The notes beneath the pieces are model-generated. The model saw only the letters and a list, made by a program, of their open reading frames with translations. It made no database searches and was not told the origin of the DNA. Position numbers and translations under genes: made by a program. DNA of 53,618 bases, counting the filler, from Jimgerdemannia flammicorona (taxonomy: Eukaryota): NCBI GenBank assembly GCA_003990765.1. It is 3 parts of 3 records of this genome, joined end to end, with 100 filler letters (N's around TTAATTAATTAA, not from the genome) between each part and the next. Parts side by side here need not be neighbours in the genome. Positions count along the whole stretch, not along the records: positions 1 to 17,807 come from RBNJ01002398.1; 2 more parts are not named here. One strand, written 5' to 3'. This document shows, in pieces, positions 1 through 12,800 of the stretch (position 1 is the stretch's first letter; every line of letters begins with the position of its first letter).

Positions 1-1530
1 TTTTTTACTCTCTCTTGGTATCACTGGCCTCCTGGTATCCAGCATTGTGATATTGGCCCCTATACTTGCAGTCTCATTCCATCTCTCCTCTGGAATATCC
101 ACTAGCTCATTCTCACCAACTACTACCATCTATCTCTCTTTCACCATATCAGGAACTCCAAAGTATACTTGCTGGACACTATGCATCAGCACATCCTCTA
201 CTATCTTGCTCCATCCAGCTAGATCTCTCCTGACAAGAGAAGGAGTGTCATCCAATTCCTCTTCCCAGACCTCAAATATACCATCAGCATAAGGATCATT
301 TCATAGCATCTTCCTGGCCCCATCCAGGCCCTCCTTCCTATTTTCTCCTTCCTTACTAGCCCAGATACTTGCTTTGGTCTCTCCAGACTCTTCAGCTCTA
401 CTAGCATTCTTCTTCACCCCTCTATCCATGCTCACCAACAACTCCCTCTGTCTCTTACACCCTTGAGCCATCTCCCACTGCCTCTTGTCTGTGTGAATAT
501 ACTTTCCATCTATAATTTCCAAATGTATAGCCTCTATATATATCTTCCAGGTCTTTGTTCTCTACTCTACTGCTTCACTTATCTTCTCTAGAGCCTTTAG
601 CAGATTCTCCTCCTCCTCCTTACTCCCCTTCATCCTTGATACCTTACAGATGAAGGCCCCCCACAACATTACTAAAGGCCAGTTACTCATCTTCTCTATA
701 GTCTCTCTCTCTGCTAGTCTAATTCTGACATCAACATCTCCAGTTCTAAAAGTGGTCTCCTCCTACATCTGGAATTCAATATTGACTATATTGCCATACT
801 CTGCTATCACCTCCTCCACCCTCCTCCTAGTCTCAACCTTTGTCACCATAGGTATCCCCTTTACTAACAACTGAACCACCCTGGGGTTCCACCTTAAACA
901 TTGTACCATAGGGACTACTACTTCTCCTACTACCACTCTAGTCTTCAAAGCTTCCTCCAGTAGACCTGCCTCCTCAAAACCTATCTCAACTCCCTCCAGT
1001 CCCTTCAGAAACTTCACCAAGACAGCTTCCATTACTTACTTCAAGATAATCTCCAGAACCATTCTCACCATTATAGCTAAGCCCTGGAAGCACAAGGTCA
1101 CTGCAAACTTCAAGATCAACTTCTTGAGTAATAGTGCCACTACCAGCCCTGTCACACCATCTACCAGATCTTCTTTCCTCTTTGGGCCCATCTGCTCAGC
1201 TCTGCCATAAACAGTCACATATGGATTTTTTTTTTCTGATTCTCAGTTATACTACTATCAGCAGTCCTCCCTCTACTTCCAGCTGCTGCTCTATCAGTCC
1301 TTTCACCCACCAGCTGAGGTTCAGTACCTCTCACTTCTCCTTCCCTCTACTTTTCCTTCCCTTCTACCTGCTTGCTATAAGTACCAGTAGGCCATCCTTT
1401 AGTTTTCAGTATATCCACAAAGCTCCTCTCTCTCTACCCTCCTACCTCTTCTCCAGTGCCACTACTACTACCAGAACTGCCTTGTCCACTCAGACCACCA
1501 AAAGACTTTATCTCTAGTCTATACCCTCAT
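1..1530 (-). mobile_element. Degraded L1/Tx1-like LINE, 5'/ORF1 region (runs off the window edge)
   Basis: Minus-strand peptides (VTGLVVALLLKKLILKFAVTLCFQGLA; AVLVKFLKGLEGVEIGFEEAGLLEEALK; DKRQWEMAQGCKRQRELL) match the ORF1 peptides at 44628-45635, which precede an APE endonuclease. Many stops, CpG absent. Right boundary approximate. Confidence 0.75.
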
Positions 1531-1599
1531 CTGATATATTGCCAGTCAAAGGCTCTAGATCTACCTAATCTAGTATATACATCAGCTTGCTTATTAGTT

Positions 1600-3945
1600 G
1601 CTATAACTCTAGTATCTTTCTCTAATAAATGGTTTAAAAGTGTGTTTCAAAGTTTGTGTTATGTGAATAATAGTGTATACCTTAGATTGCTCATCAGTTA
1701 CCATATTGCTAGTATCTTTTCTCCAAAAATGAAGTCTTGAGTATTGTTAGAAGTTTATATAATCTGAATATTACTGGAAAAAGATACTAATAGAGTCATT
1801 CTCATATATCTTAAAATTCAATGTAACTGGGATTATATTATCTTCATTCTCCTCTTCATTTTTTATATCTCTCACAGTTGTACTGAAGTCAGTAAGAGAA
1901 TCTGGGAATGAGAAAAGGAAGTTGTTGATATTATCTTCTAATAAAATAAGTAGGTGACTATTATTCTCCAAGTTGTCTGAGAGAGTGATATCATCAAGGA
2001 GTATAAGGTCATTCTGCTCTTGAGGTCTCCAGTCAATAGTGAGGCTATCTACAAAGTAGAAAACATCTGTAAAGTTCTGGGAGTAGCAGACTCTCAATAA
2101 AGGGCCTTGAAATAGTACAATCAGATCATAAATGAATTGGTCTGAATTGTTCTCTAGAATGGAGATTCTAAAGGTCTTGAACCTCATCACTCTTAACTGT
2201 GATAGTAGATTGGACCTCTTCTGCAACTATTTTCTTGAGGTAGTCTGCATGGCAGCTTATCAATTCTTAGATATTAGAGACTTTGACATATTCTAGATTG
2301 AGAATGGTCCAGAGTGTAAGTCTGAAGATCTGGTAAAATCTTTTGGTCAGTTTTTATTCATATCTGTCTATATATATAATATCTACAATTTCTTGAGAGC
2401 TGGCTTATGTGAACTCTTGATAAAAATGATGTCTCAGCTTATATTCTTGTTATATCCAAAGATACTCAGCAGTGGTGGTAATTCTTATCTCCATTTCTTA
2501 GTAGTTGAGAATATAGTAGTAAGGGTCCCTTATAGAGGTTCAGACTAGGAGTCCTTCTTATATGCAGCCTCATTGTTCTCTTGATATTAGTAAATATCTA
2601 TTCTTGAACTGATAGATCTGGATAGCTTCTTAATCTGGTAGTTTAGTAGATAGTAGGTATTTTGTTTTATAGTAAGTCTTTTATTTATAGTTGATACTTT
2701 ATATTTTTTTCTCTTAATGCTTCTTTTATATCTTGAAGGTCTTCTCCTTTAGTCCAGAGAGTAGAGTTATCTGACTAGTGGTAGTATATTACTAAGGTTA
2801 TTATGAGTTATTATGAGTTCAGATACAGATCATCTTATGATCAAGATAAGTTATAGTTGAGTCACAATTTGTAACTAGTAGCTTTACAAAGTCAAAGCAG
2901 TCTTCTAAATTCTGATATCACTGGTTTTGAAGGTATTATTATATCTACTACTTGCAAAATTAGAGCTATTCTTGGCAGTAGTAGTTATATAGAAATAGTA
3001 GATATTGGTTTTCTTTTTTTTTAGACTATTGGTATATTTGTGAGAACTAGCTATTCTTGTCTAAGACAAGGGCTCCCATTGTCATAGCTGGGGGTTTGAA
3101 CCTCTTGGAAATAGATTTTTCTATAATCTGAAACAATTTCTAATAGTAATATCTATTATATAAATAGACTTGAGATTGGTTTCAATATTGTCAGCTTTCT
3201 TGAGTTCTATATGAAGTATCTGTCATTCTCTAATAGAGATAATACAAATAGAGTGAACAGAGTTGTTTAAATACATTTTACTTCTACTGAGTAGTAAGGT
3301 CTTATATGGTTGTAATGTATCTTAGTCTTGAGTATTACTCTATCTAGGGTCTTGAGTTGATAAGTATAGTTCATGAACTTTTGATAAATAAGATAGGGTT
3401 CTTTCTATTTCAGTTTGAGTTTGGTACTCCAGTTTTCTTTTATGATAGTATAGTATACTAAGACTTATTGTCTAATAAACAGGAGTTCAAGATCTGCTTT
3501 ATAGTTATAGTACTTCTTTTGTTACTCTTATACTTTTACAATAAAACTTTATACTTGTTGACATACTTTATATAACTGAGTGATCTCTTTAGTGACTCAT
3601 TTTGCCAAATCTAGCCAGATTGGTTTAGCAGTATCTTGTACTTCTTAGCTATATATTAAATAGAAAGAAGTCTATTAGGTAACAGTTACTTTTGAAGTAT
3701 AGATACTAAATAAGATTACTAGAAGATAGATGTCCTAATTCAATTGATCTCTGGTCTTGCTGAGGCCTCACTTGATGGTCTAGTTAATTTGTTCAGTAAG
3801 TTCATTTACTTATAGGTGATAGACTATTATTGGGTGCAGTTTGATCTTAAAGTTGGCTGCAAAGATCTTTATGATTTTATTGATAAATTCTTAATCTTAG
3901 TCTGTCATGATTTTCTTGAGGATACTATAATGGCTAAAAATTTTA
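1600..3945 (-). mobile_element. Degraded Ty3/Gypsy 3' part (integrase C-terminal half plus accessory ORF), related to the element at 47.8-53.2 kb
   Basis: 3061 'ctaagacaagggctcccattgtcatagctgggggtttgaacc' aligns with about 50244 'ctagggtgagggctcccatagtcgtggctgggggttcgaacc'; 3790-3940 aligns with integrase at 50980-51130; 2300-2470 translates to QEYKLRHHFYQE...FYQIFRLTLWTILNLEYV (accessory ORF). Boundaries approximate. Confidence 0.75.
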
Positions 3946-3949
3946 CCAT

Positions 3950-6900
3950 ATAAGTCAAATAGTGGTTCTAATTATCTTACTTATAAAAAATATAGTTTCT
4001 GAGTATTTGCTCTAAGGTTTTATTCATATACTCAATTTTTTTATCAGTTTATAGATAAAAGGCAGTAGAGATGGCTAATTAGGTTCTTAGAGTCTTGAAG
4101 AGAGTTTGCTAGAAGTAACTAGTAAACTTAGAATCATAGTTACTGACAATTACTTATAATAGACCATAGTTATGAAAGATGAACTTGAAGAAGATTCTTG
4201 TAATCTTAGATATAGTAGTATTAATAGTAGTAGATTTAGCAACCATAGCCTTAGTTAGGTAGTTAATAAATATAATAATAGCATCAGCACCAGATTGAGT
4301 TCATAGTAGTTAAGTTACAAAGTCCATTGTAACTTACTCAAATTTCTTAGTTGTGATTGACAGTAGTTATAGCAATTAGCTAGAACTTAGTTGGTAGGCT
4401 TGTTATACTGATAGAGATTATATAATATAGTTCTTGATTTTCTTAACTATATTTAGTCAATAGTAGTGGTATTGAATATTCTTAACAGTTTTCTTAATTC
4501 TAAAGTAACCAGTAAGTAGGGAGTCATAGTGTTCTTGTAGTATCTTATAGTATAAATTCATATTGTCAGATAGATAGACTTTGTCTTGATGGTAGATCAG
4601 ATTGTTCTCAATAGTATATATATTCTTGAGCTTATTTGAGAAAACTCTAGTAGTAATAGTATTTTCTATATAAGCTTGTCAGATTTGGTTTAAAAATTCT
4701 GATACCAGGATAACTTGTATAATTGTAGTGAGGTCTAGGTATCTAGATAAGATATCTGATACTATAAGTATTTTGCCAGACTTGTAAATAATTGTCAGAT
4801 TGAAAGTTTGAAGATTTGAGCTCTACTTAGCTTATAGATATAACAGAGTAATTAAGTATTGATATACTTGAGTGATTGATAGTCAGTAATAATATTAAAC
4901 TTAATACTTTCTAGATATCATTATTAGTAATCTAGTATATATATTATTGCCAGTAGCTCTTTTTTATGAGTGGCTAGCTTTTGTTCAGCTAGAGATAACT
5001 TGTGAGACTCAAAGGCAATAGAGTAATATTCTTTACTATCATCTTATAATAGGACTGCTCTAATGGTAAACTTTGATACATCAGTAATAATATTGAATTT
5101 CAAACTTAAATCTATATTATATAAGACTAAAGTATAGGTTAAATGGTTCTTAAGTTCTTAAAAGGCTTATTGACAAAAGAGGTCTCAGATGTAGAATATA
5201 TAGTAATCAGAGTTAGGGGTCTTTCTCATGAGATTAGTCAGTAGCTCAGCAATATCAGAGAAATTTCTGACAAAATAATAGTAGTAGCCAGTTAGACCAA
5301 GAAAGGACCAGAATTCTATGAGATTTGATAGAATGGACTATTCTTGAATTGCCTCTATCTTATATAGATCTACTTGAATTTCTTATATAGAGACAATGTG
5401 GCCAAGATATTCAACTTGTTCTTTAAATAATTCATACTTTTTAAGCTTTATATATAGTTTATATTTTTGTAAAATCTCTAGAACTATTCAAATATATTTG
5501 AGATATTCTTCTTTAGTTATACTAAAGATCAGGATATCATCAAGATATGTATATTAATAAGAAGATAAATAGTTGGTTCTTAAATATCTTATTCATGAGA
5601 GTCTAAAATATAGTAGGTATATTAGTAAAATCAAATACTAAGACTAGAAATTTATAGAGTCTAAAGAGAGTTATAAATACAGTTTTGGAAATATCTTCTA
5701 GCTTGATTCAGATTTGGTGGTAATCCAATATGAGGTCCAGCTTAGTGAAGTACTTGGTATTCTTGAGAGTATTGAAAATTTGATCAATTAAGAGTAGTAG
5801 ATATTGGATCTTGACTATAAGTTTGTTAAGTATATAGTAGTCTATATATATTTATAAAGTACTATCTTTCTTTTTGATAAATAGGACTGGCAAACCAGAG
5901 GGGAATTTGCTTGGTTAAATGGCTCTTTATATAAGTAACTCTTTTAGTTCTTTCTGACTACTTCAATTTCAAGAGATGATATATAATATATATATTTCTT
6001 GAGTGGTATAGCTCTTGAAAATCAGTTCAATTTCATTAGTACTCTAAATAAGTCAATTTAATCTGGGTTAGATTTAGATTGGATTCAGATTAAATCTCAT
6101 CTGGATTAACTCAGATGAGATTTGAATCTCATCTGAATTAATTTAAATCAACTATTATTTTGATTTCCAAATTAAACAATTAAATGTTTACATTAATAAC
6201 TCAATGAATAATCATCCAATTTTGATGATATTAGTGTCATTTGAAAGCTCTTAATAAGGTCTTTCTAATAATATCAAGTATATTGAAATTAGATCATATG
6301 TTGCTAAATTATCAAGAAAAACATCTGACTCACCAATTTTGAAAATTATTCAACTTACTGATTTTGGAAATTTCTTCAAAAGAATATTTTTCTTAATAGC
6401 TCAGCAATATATAATCTGATTTTAATATTCTTAGTATCATTAGAAAGGCCTTATTAAGGACTTTCAAATGATATTAAGATTATCAAAATTGGATGATTAT
6501 TTATTGAGTTATTAATATAAATATTTAATTGTCTAATTTAGAAATCAAAACAATAGTTAATTTGAATTGATTTAGATAGGATTCAAATCTCATCCAAGTT
6601 GATCAGGATGGGATTTGAATCTGATCTGGATTAGCTCATTTGGAGTACTAAATTTTATAATTGACTTCTTATATAGAGGATAAATCAGATAGCTTGTCTG
6701 AGAAGATATTCTTGAATTATTCAAGCAATAACTTAATACTTTCATTAATTGATAGCTTTTTGTCTTACTTCTTGAGACAGACTATTGCAATAAAGACATA
6801 TACTATCTTCTTGAGTACTTTCTTATATTATATTGTTGATAGTATTATAATCTGGATTTTTTTCATAGACTTGTCTGTCTTAATAATAATATTAACTCTT

Positions 6901-8900
6901 TCTTGAAGTAGAGTAACTTCATTCTTGTACTAATCAATATTTGGATTATATTTGGTAAGCTAGGATTTTTCTAAGATCAGATCATAATCTCTTAGTAATA
7001 TAACTTCTCATTTTCAATATTTCTAAATCTTAATAGATAGTTTAATAATAATTGACTTAATAAAATATAGTATACTATCATAGTAATTATACTATTATTC
7101 TTGGATACTAGTTTGATAAGGATCTTGAGGTTTTTATAAGATTCTAATTGATGAAGTTTCTTGTAGCTCTACTATCTATAAGTATTTGAACTTCTTTTCC
7201 TTTAACTAGATTTTTGAAAATGAGTATAGCTTGAGCTTAGTTTTCAGTAAGACTTGCTACTTGATTAGTACTATTAGTTTCACTTAGTTTCAAATAGTTT
7301 TTAGACTTCTGTAACCTTAGGTTGACTGACTTTTTCTAGGATTATTTATATAACTTAGTCTCCTTTATTAACTATATAGTCTTAATTTTTCTAATTGATG
7401 AGTAAGATTTAAACTTATTCTCAATAGTCCGAGTTAATAATATTAATATCAATATCTAAATAATATTTGATACTGAGTTCTGATTATAGTATAATCTTAA
7501 CATAATATTCTTTAGGATATTAGATTATAATTCCTGTAAGCACTAGAGTTTGGCCTTTAGCTGGAATAGTGACTTATTTGATGGAGTATAGGTCAAGGCC
7601 AATAATCTCTTCTGATTGATATTAAGAGATCTGGACCTTCAGATAAAGCTTTTTAATTTTAATTTTAGGTTGACTAATAGTAAAGCTAATAGATATATCC
7701 TTGAACAATATAGTAACTGGTCTTGAGAGTTCACTGATCTTTTTAGGATATTTGGTTGAAATTTATCCAATTTGATAACAGAAGAAGTAAGCTTCAGATT
7801 TCTTTAGATGATCTTTTTCTTCTGAAATAAACTTGGTATTTTTCTTATTCATAGTATCTAAATCTATTAGTGTTGGGCTAACTACTTTGGGTTGGTTCTT
7901 CTGATGGTTCTCAAAGTAATTCTTCTTATAGTACTCTGGTTTAAAACAGTTACTAAAGATGATGATATCAAACCTATTAGCAATTTTCATAGCTTTATTG
8001 AGAGTCTATAACTTCTTCAGCTTGATCTTAACTTGTATATTTCCTTTCAGATCTCAGATATAGTGATCTATCTTTTCATCTTCAGCTATTACTAGTAGTT
8101 TGAGTAGAATTGACAGAAATTATACATTATAACTTTATATAGACTTAAGTTACTTAATATTTACTAGCTTATATCTAGCTAGTATAATAGCATTAATAGA
8201 CTTAAACTACTTATAGAGAGTCTTCTTAAAAGATATCTAATCTTGAATTCTTATATCTAAGTAGATAGTAGTTATTATGATATAATTGTACTACTAAATA
8301 GCTGTATTTTCTTAAAGAAGTGTAGTGACAAATTAGACTTATATATCTTCTTTTATTCTTGTAAGTTCAAAGTATTGGTCCAACTGAAAGATCTATATAT
8401 ATATCTGTAGTCAGTTCTCCTTAGTAACTATTAAAGATATCTGGCTTTAGCAGCTTAAAGCTAACTGATATAGTAGTAGAATATGATATAGTTATAGTTC
8501 TTATTTTCTGATATTTTACTTATACTTAAAGTAGTCAGATCTGATAGACCATAGAGATAATCATTTTCTCTAAGTTGACTTATAGTTCTATCATCTGCTT
8601 CTTCTATAATAGGGGAGTTTAAACAGTAAGCTGGTTCTCTATAATTTATTTAGACTTATGTAACTAGTTGTGACTAATTTCTTAATAAGATAAAATATAA
8701 TAATACTACTACTATCAAGTATAATAGTTTTAGTTTCTTTAAGAGAAAGTAGTTAAATCTAATAGTTTTGATGGGCCTAAAGTAGCTCAAAGAGATACTT
8801 ATAGATTTAAGTATTCTTGAAGGAGTTTTGAGAGAAAATATTCTAAGCTTTATTTAGATAGAAAATAATAATATTTATATAAAATCTAAAAGAAAGATCT
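3950..8900 (-). mobile_element. Heavily mutated Ty3/Gypsy gag-pol (different family from the neighbouring element)
   Basis: Minus-strand remnants in RT-RNaseH-integrase order: YLDDILI (about 5525-5550), FNLTIIYKSGKILIVSDILSR (about 4745-4805), VTMDFVT (about 4315-4335), IVSNYDSKFTS (about 4120-4150). Riddled with TAA/TAG stops. Boundaries approximate. Confidence 0.75.
6037..6650. mobile_element. Foldback/MITE-like element with about 290-bp inverted arms, inserted in the Gypsy pol
   Basis: Starts ta-gtactctaaataag and ends ctcatttggagtac-ta. Internal arms are reverse complements (e.g. 'aataatcatccaattttgat' about 6207 vs 'atcaaaattggatgattatt' about 6482; 'catttgaaag' vs 'ctttcaaatg'). TA on both sides; no ORF. 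Confidence 0.8.
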
Positions 8901-9843
8901 AGAAGAATCTCAGAAAAAAAAAAAAAAAAATTAAGAAATAAGTTCTTGGCAAAGATGATTAATAGAATTCTATAATATTCCAAAAGGTTCTATAACTAGA
9001 TATTTAATACTGCTTAATACTAAGAAAAGACAAAAAATATTCTAGTAATATCAAAAGATTTTTAGATATTTGAAAAATACTAGAACATAGTAGAATATTC
9101 AAGAAAAAATAAGAAAAGATAAGAAAAGATAGCAAAAGATGTGAAAAGGTATTAAGACTAAAATATAACTATAAAATTATTACAATTTAGCTTCATAATT
9201 ACTCTAAAAGTAGAAATTATTCTCATTTTTTAAAAACAATCAGACTATATATAACTTTTACAATAAATGATATCATAATAGATAGACTTAAATTTCAAAT
9301 ATTTATATATATTAAAACTAATCTGTTTTTGATTTATTTTTAATTTATTTTTAATCTTTTTTTAAATATGAATTATTTTCTTATTTATCTTTAGATCTAA
9401 TATATTTTAAACTCAATATATTTTTATTATTTTTAATATAATAATATAAAAGATAAAAGATAAATTAATAAATTATCAATTATATATAAATAGATTATAA
9501 AATTAAATGTAAAAATAAATTATATAAACTAATTATTCTTTTAATAATAGAATTAAATTTGATTTAACAATTTTTTTTTTATATTTAAATAATCCAATAG
9601 ATATTAGAAAGATTAATGTTTTCTTACAACTATAAAAATCAGATCTCTTGGAAAAATAGTAATACATCCTTACTGTCAGCTCTTGTACAGCTTTCTGGCT
9701 CTTTTATGCAGCCTTATGCAGCCTTCACTGCATAGTGTATACACAAAAGGGCGTAGTGAGAAATAATCGCGTGGACTTACAGTCACAACATGTTCGCTTC
9801 TGGTTAAGTCTGTAGCAACAAGACCCATTCCAATCTCAGCACC

Positions 9844-12800
9844 ATGCTTCGCGTGATCTCGCTTCTTCCCTCCGCTGCGGAGATCATCTGCCTTGTTGCT
9901 GGTCCGGAGGTCCTCGTCGGTCGTTCCCACGAAGGCATGTCAAGCCACATTGTTTTACGAAACGCCCCTTCACGTTCGATTCTGATCGCGCTTGCAGCTA
10001 ACGTCGCGTCCATTTCACTTCTTTATTAGACGACTTCCCCATGAGCATTACCCACCTTCCCGTCCTCACACGTGCAAAAACTGTCTTTACAAATTCTGAG
10101 GATGTCAACCGACAAGTTTCGGAATCATTGGCACAAGGGAACAGCTTGTATGAATTGGACGTGGAGCTACTAAAGGCATTAAAGCCCGACGTTATCGTTA
10201 CCCAGGTAGGTGGATCTTCTGGCGAACTTTGTGGCCTTTATTCATGGACGGAGAAACAGATTCAACACGATTTGAAGCCTTGCTTTCCATCTTTATTTTT
10301 CTTTTAATAATATGCACTATACTCACTTGTGTTTCGCTTGCACCATTAAATCGCCAGGATCTTTGCGATGTCTGTTCCATCGACCTCGTCACTGTCGAAC
10401 GAGTGGTGAAAGATATGTCCCCAGGTAATTGGCAATCTCGCCATTTGTGGCGATATATTCGTTTCATTGGGATGTAATCCAAATAACGACTGCCGCGGTG
10501 GCAATACCTCTGCGACGGGAAAGCCTCGCTTTTCATAATACTAACCTCTTTGACTTTAATTTCATATCGCGCCGCCGTTCTTTCTCTTCAACACAGCTCC
10601 TAAAGTCGTCACTCTCAACCCCCAGTCCCTCTCCGACGTCCTTGAAAGCGTCACTCTTGTCGGTTCGGCTCTGTCGCTCGACGAAGCCGCAGCCCGAGTC
10701 CGCGCCGAATTGCAAGGCAGGATTGACGCGGCCACACGGGTTGCCTCCGAGGGCTTGTTCAAGCGCGGCGGCAAGAGACCGGCTGTGGCGTTCGCGGAAT
10801 GGATCGATCCATTCTTTGTGGGAGGGCATTGGTATGTTGCAAAAGGAGGAGAGTATTTCCTGAAAATATGCTAAGAGGAATTGGGAGTGGGGACGGAGAT
10901 ATCGTTTTGGGTTGATGGAGCTCTGGAGAATTTTGTGTATGTATCCATCTTGTGAATCCACCGCTGATCATCAACTACGCAGGACTCCTCAAATCATTGA
11001 GCTCGCTGGAGGTGCGCATCCGCTCAATCCCTCTAAAGACCAATCGGGTGCCGGCAAATCGTGAGTAACTCTCGGTTCATATTCACATACTATCACTGTT
11101 CCTGATCTCTTCTTCTATATCATCATCGATTATTCACGCGACATTTTCTCTCCATAACCCGGACGCTTTCGCCCTTGTTTTCCGAGGCAGCTTTGCCATT
11201 CCCCCCTCCCGTGTCCTCGCTCAGCCCACCGACATCCTGATAATCTGTCCCTGCGGCTTGGACATTCCGACCGTGGAGCGTGAGCTGGACGTGCTGACGA
11301 CAAAGGCGCGCGACAAAGGCGAACCGAATTGGTGGGAGGTGATGAGAGAAGAGTGCAAGGTGGCGATCGTTGATGGGAATCAGGTGGGTGAGATAATTTG
11401 TGGGGTTTGATAGAGAAAGGGAGAAAGAGAGACGGAACTTAGGCTGGATCTAATACCAAGCAAGTGAAACAGAAATTGTGCAGTGTCCGTGGCAGAATTC
11501 ATAAGAACTTGTCTGCGGACATTTATTTGCGACTTTTTCCTTTTGGTTCTAAAACCTCATGTATATTGTTTTACTATAGATGTTTAACCGACCCGGTCCC
11601 CGTAAGTATGCATAGTTCTGACCCCCTCCCAAAATTATATTATTATTTCACTAATCGTATGATGATCACAATTGTTTTTCATAAATTATATAAATGTTTT
11701 TTCCTCCCATCGCTGCATATCAAACTTGTTTAGGTCTTGTCGACGCTCTCGAATGGCTTACCGGCTTGTTCAATGACGTCCCCGAGATCATCCCGCGTGA
11801 TTTCCCATACAAGCTTACGGGAGAGAATGCAAAGGATGAGAGCGCGGTGTTGGCGAGGGAAATGAAGTCGTTGGTACGCGAATAAAAAATTGTTTGAATG
11901 AGTGAAGCTCGAAATGTTCGAAGGCGCGGTATATGACCGGGCGTGAAGACAAGAGTTGTTCGTAACTATCGCTGTATATATCTGTAGGATGCCGAGCTTG
12001 CATGGTTGCTGACCGTTGATTTACCGCCGACGCTGGCGAATATATGTACGGAACTTACTGTGAGTTTTGAAGGCATTCCTTTTAAGCAATCGAATATGCA
12101 TGGTGGAATCATACTGTGAGTATCTCAAATCTCATGAACTGTACACGCCATCCCGTATAGCGATGTGTCAAAGCTTCGGCTTCGGGAGCACAAGGTATTA
12201 TATTCGTTCGAGACAAAAGGAATGATTGAAAGTATGACGTCTTCGGTTGTATGAATTTATTCGTATGGACTATTCACTTTATTTTCTCGACTCTCAGATC
12301 CGAATACTAAGCCGGGCACGCTCGCACTGTCTTCTGTCAAGTATGTTTAATTGGGAACATTTATGTTTTTCGGCATCATTTGGTGGGCGTTATCAGGACA
12401 TGTATGTGCTGACTGACTGCTCATCATTCTGTTTATTTGTCAGTAACGATTCCTTGAAAGGGTATATCACCATCAACGGCAGCCAGATCGTGAAAGGAGT
12501 CCGTTTTCAATTGTGTTTGTACCTTGGGATGACTCCTCCCATTAATTATAACATTGTCATTCTGAGCGTTATTTGATTCCCGCTCCACTTTTTTTTTTTT
12601 TTTTTTTTTTTTTGTAACTTCAGGAGCTTACGATCAAGCTACCAAATTACAACCGCGGTAATCCGTTTAAAACGAACCTTGTGGCGTCAAAACCATATCC
12701 CTTGGATCAGGTTGGGATATTTATAGTATGCTCTGATCTCATGAATGTGGAGGAAGCTCATTTCTTTTATTGAGATTTGATTTGCTGGATGCAAAACGTA

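Noticed and set aside
9180..9670. Extremely AT-rich tracts (also 30050-30480 and 36660-37340) as origin or centromere candidates
   Set aside because: They adjoin or resemble TE relics and are more simply explained as end-stage C-to-T decayed repeats.
9844..11885. Bacterial contamination or endosymbiont DNA as the source of the BtuF-like gene
   Set aside because: The gene has multiple spliceosomal introns and is contiguous with eukaryotic Rogdi exons.
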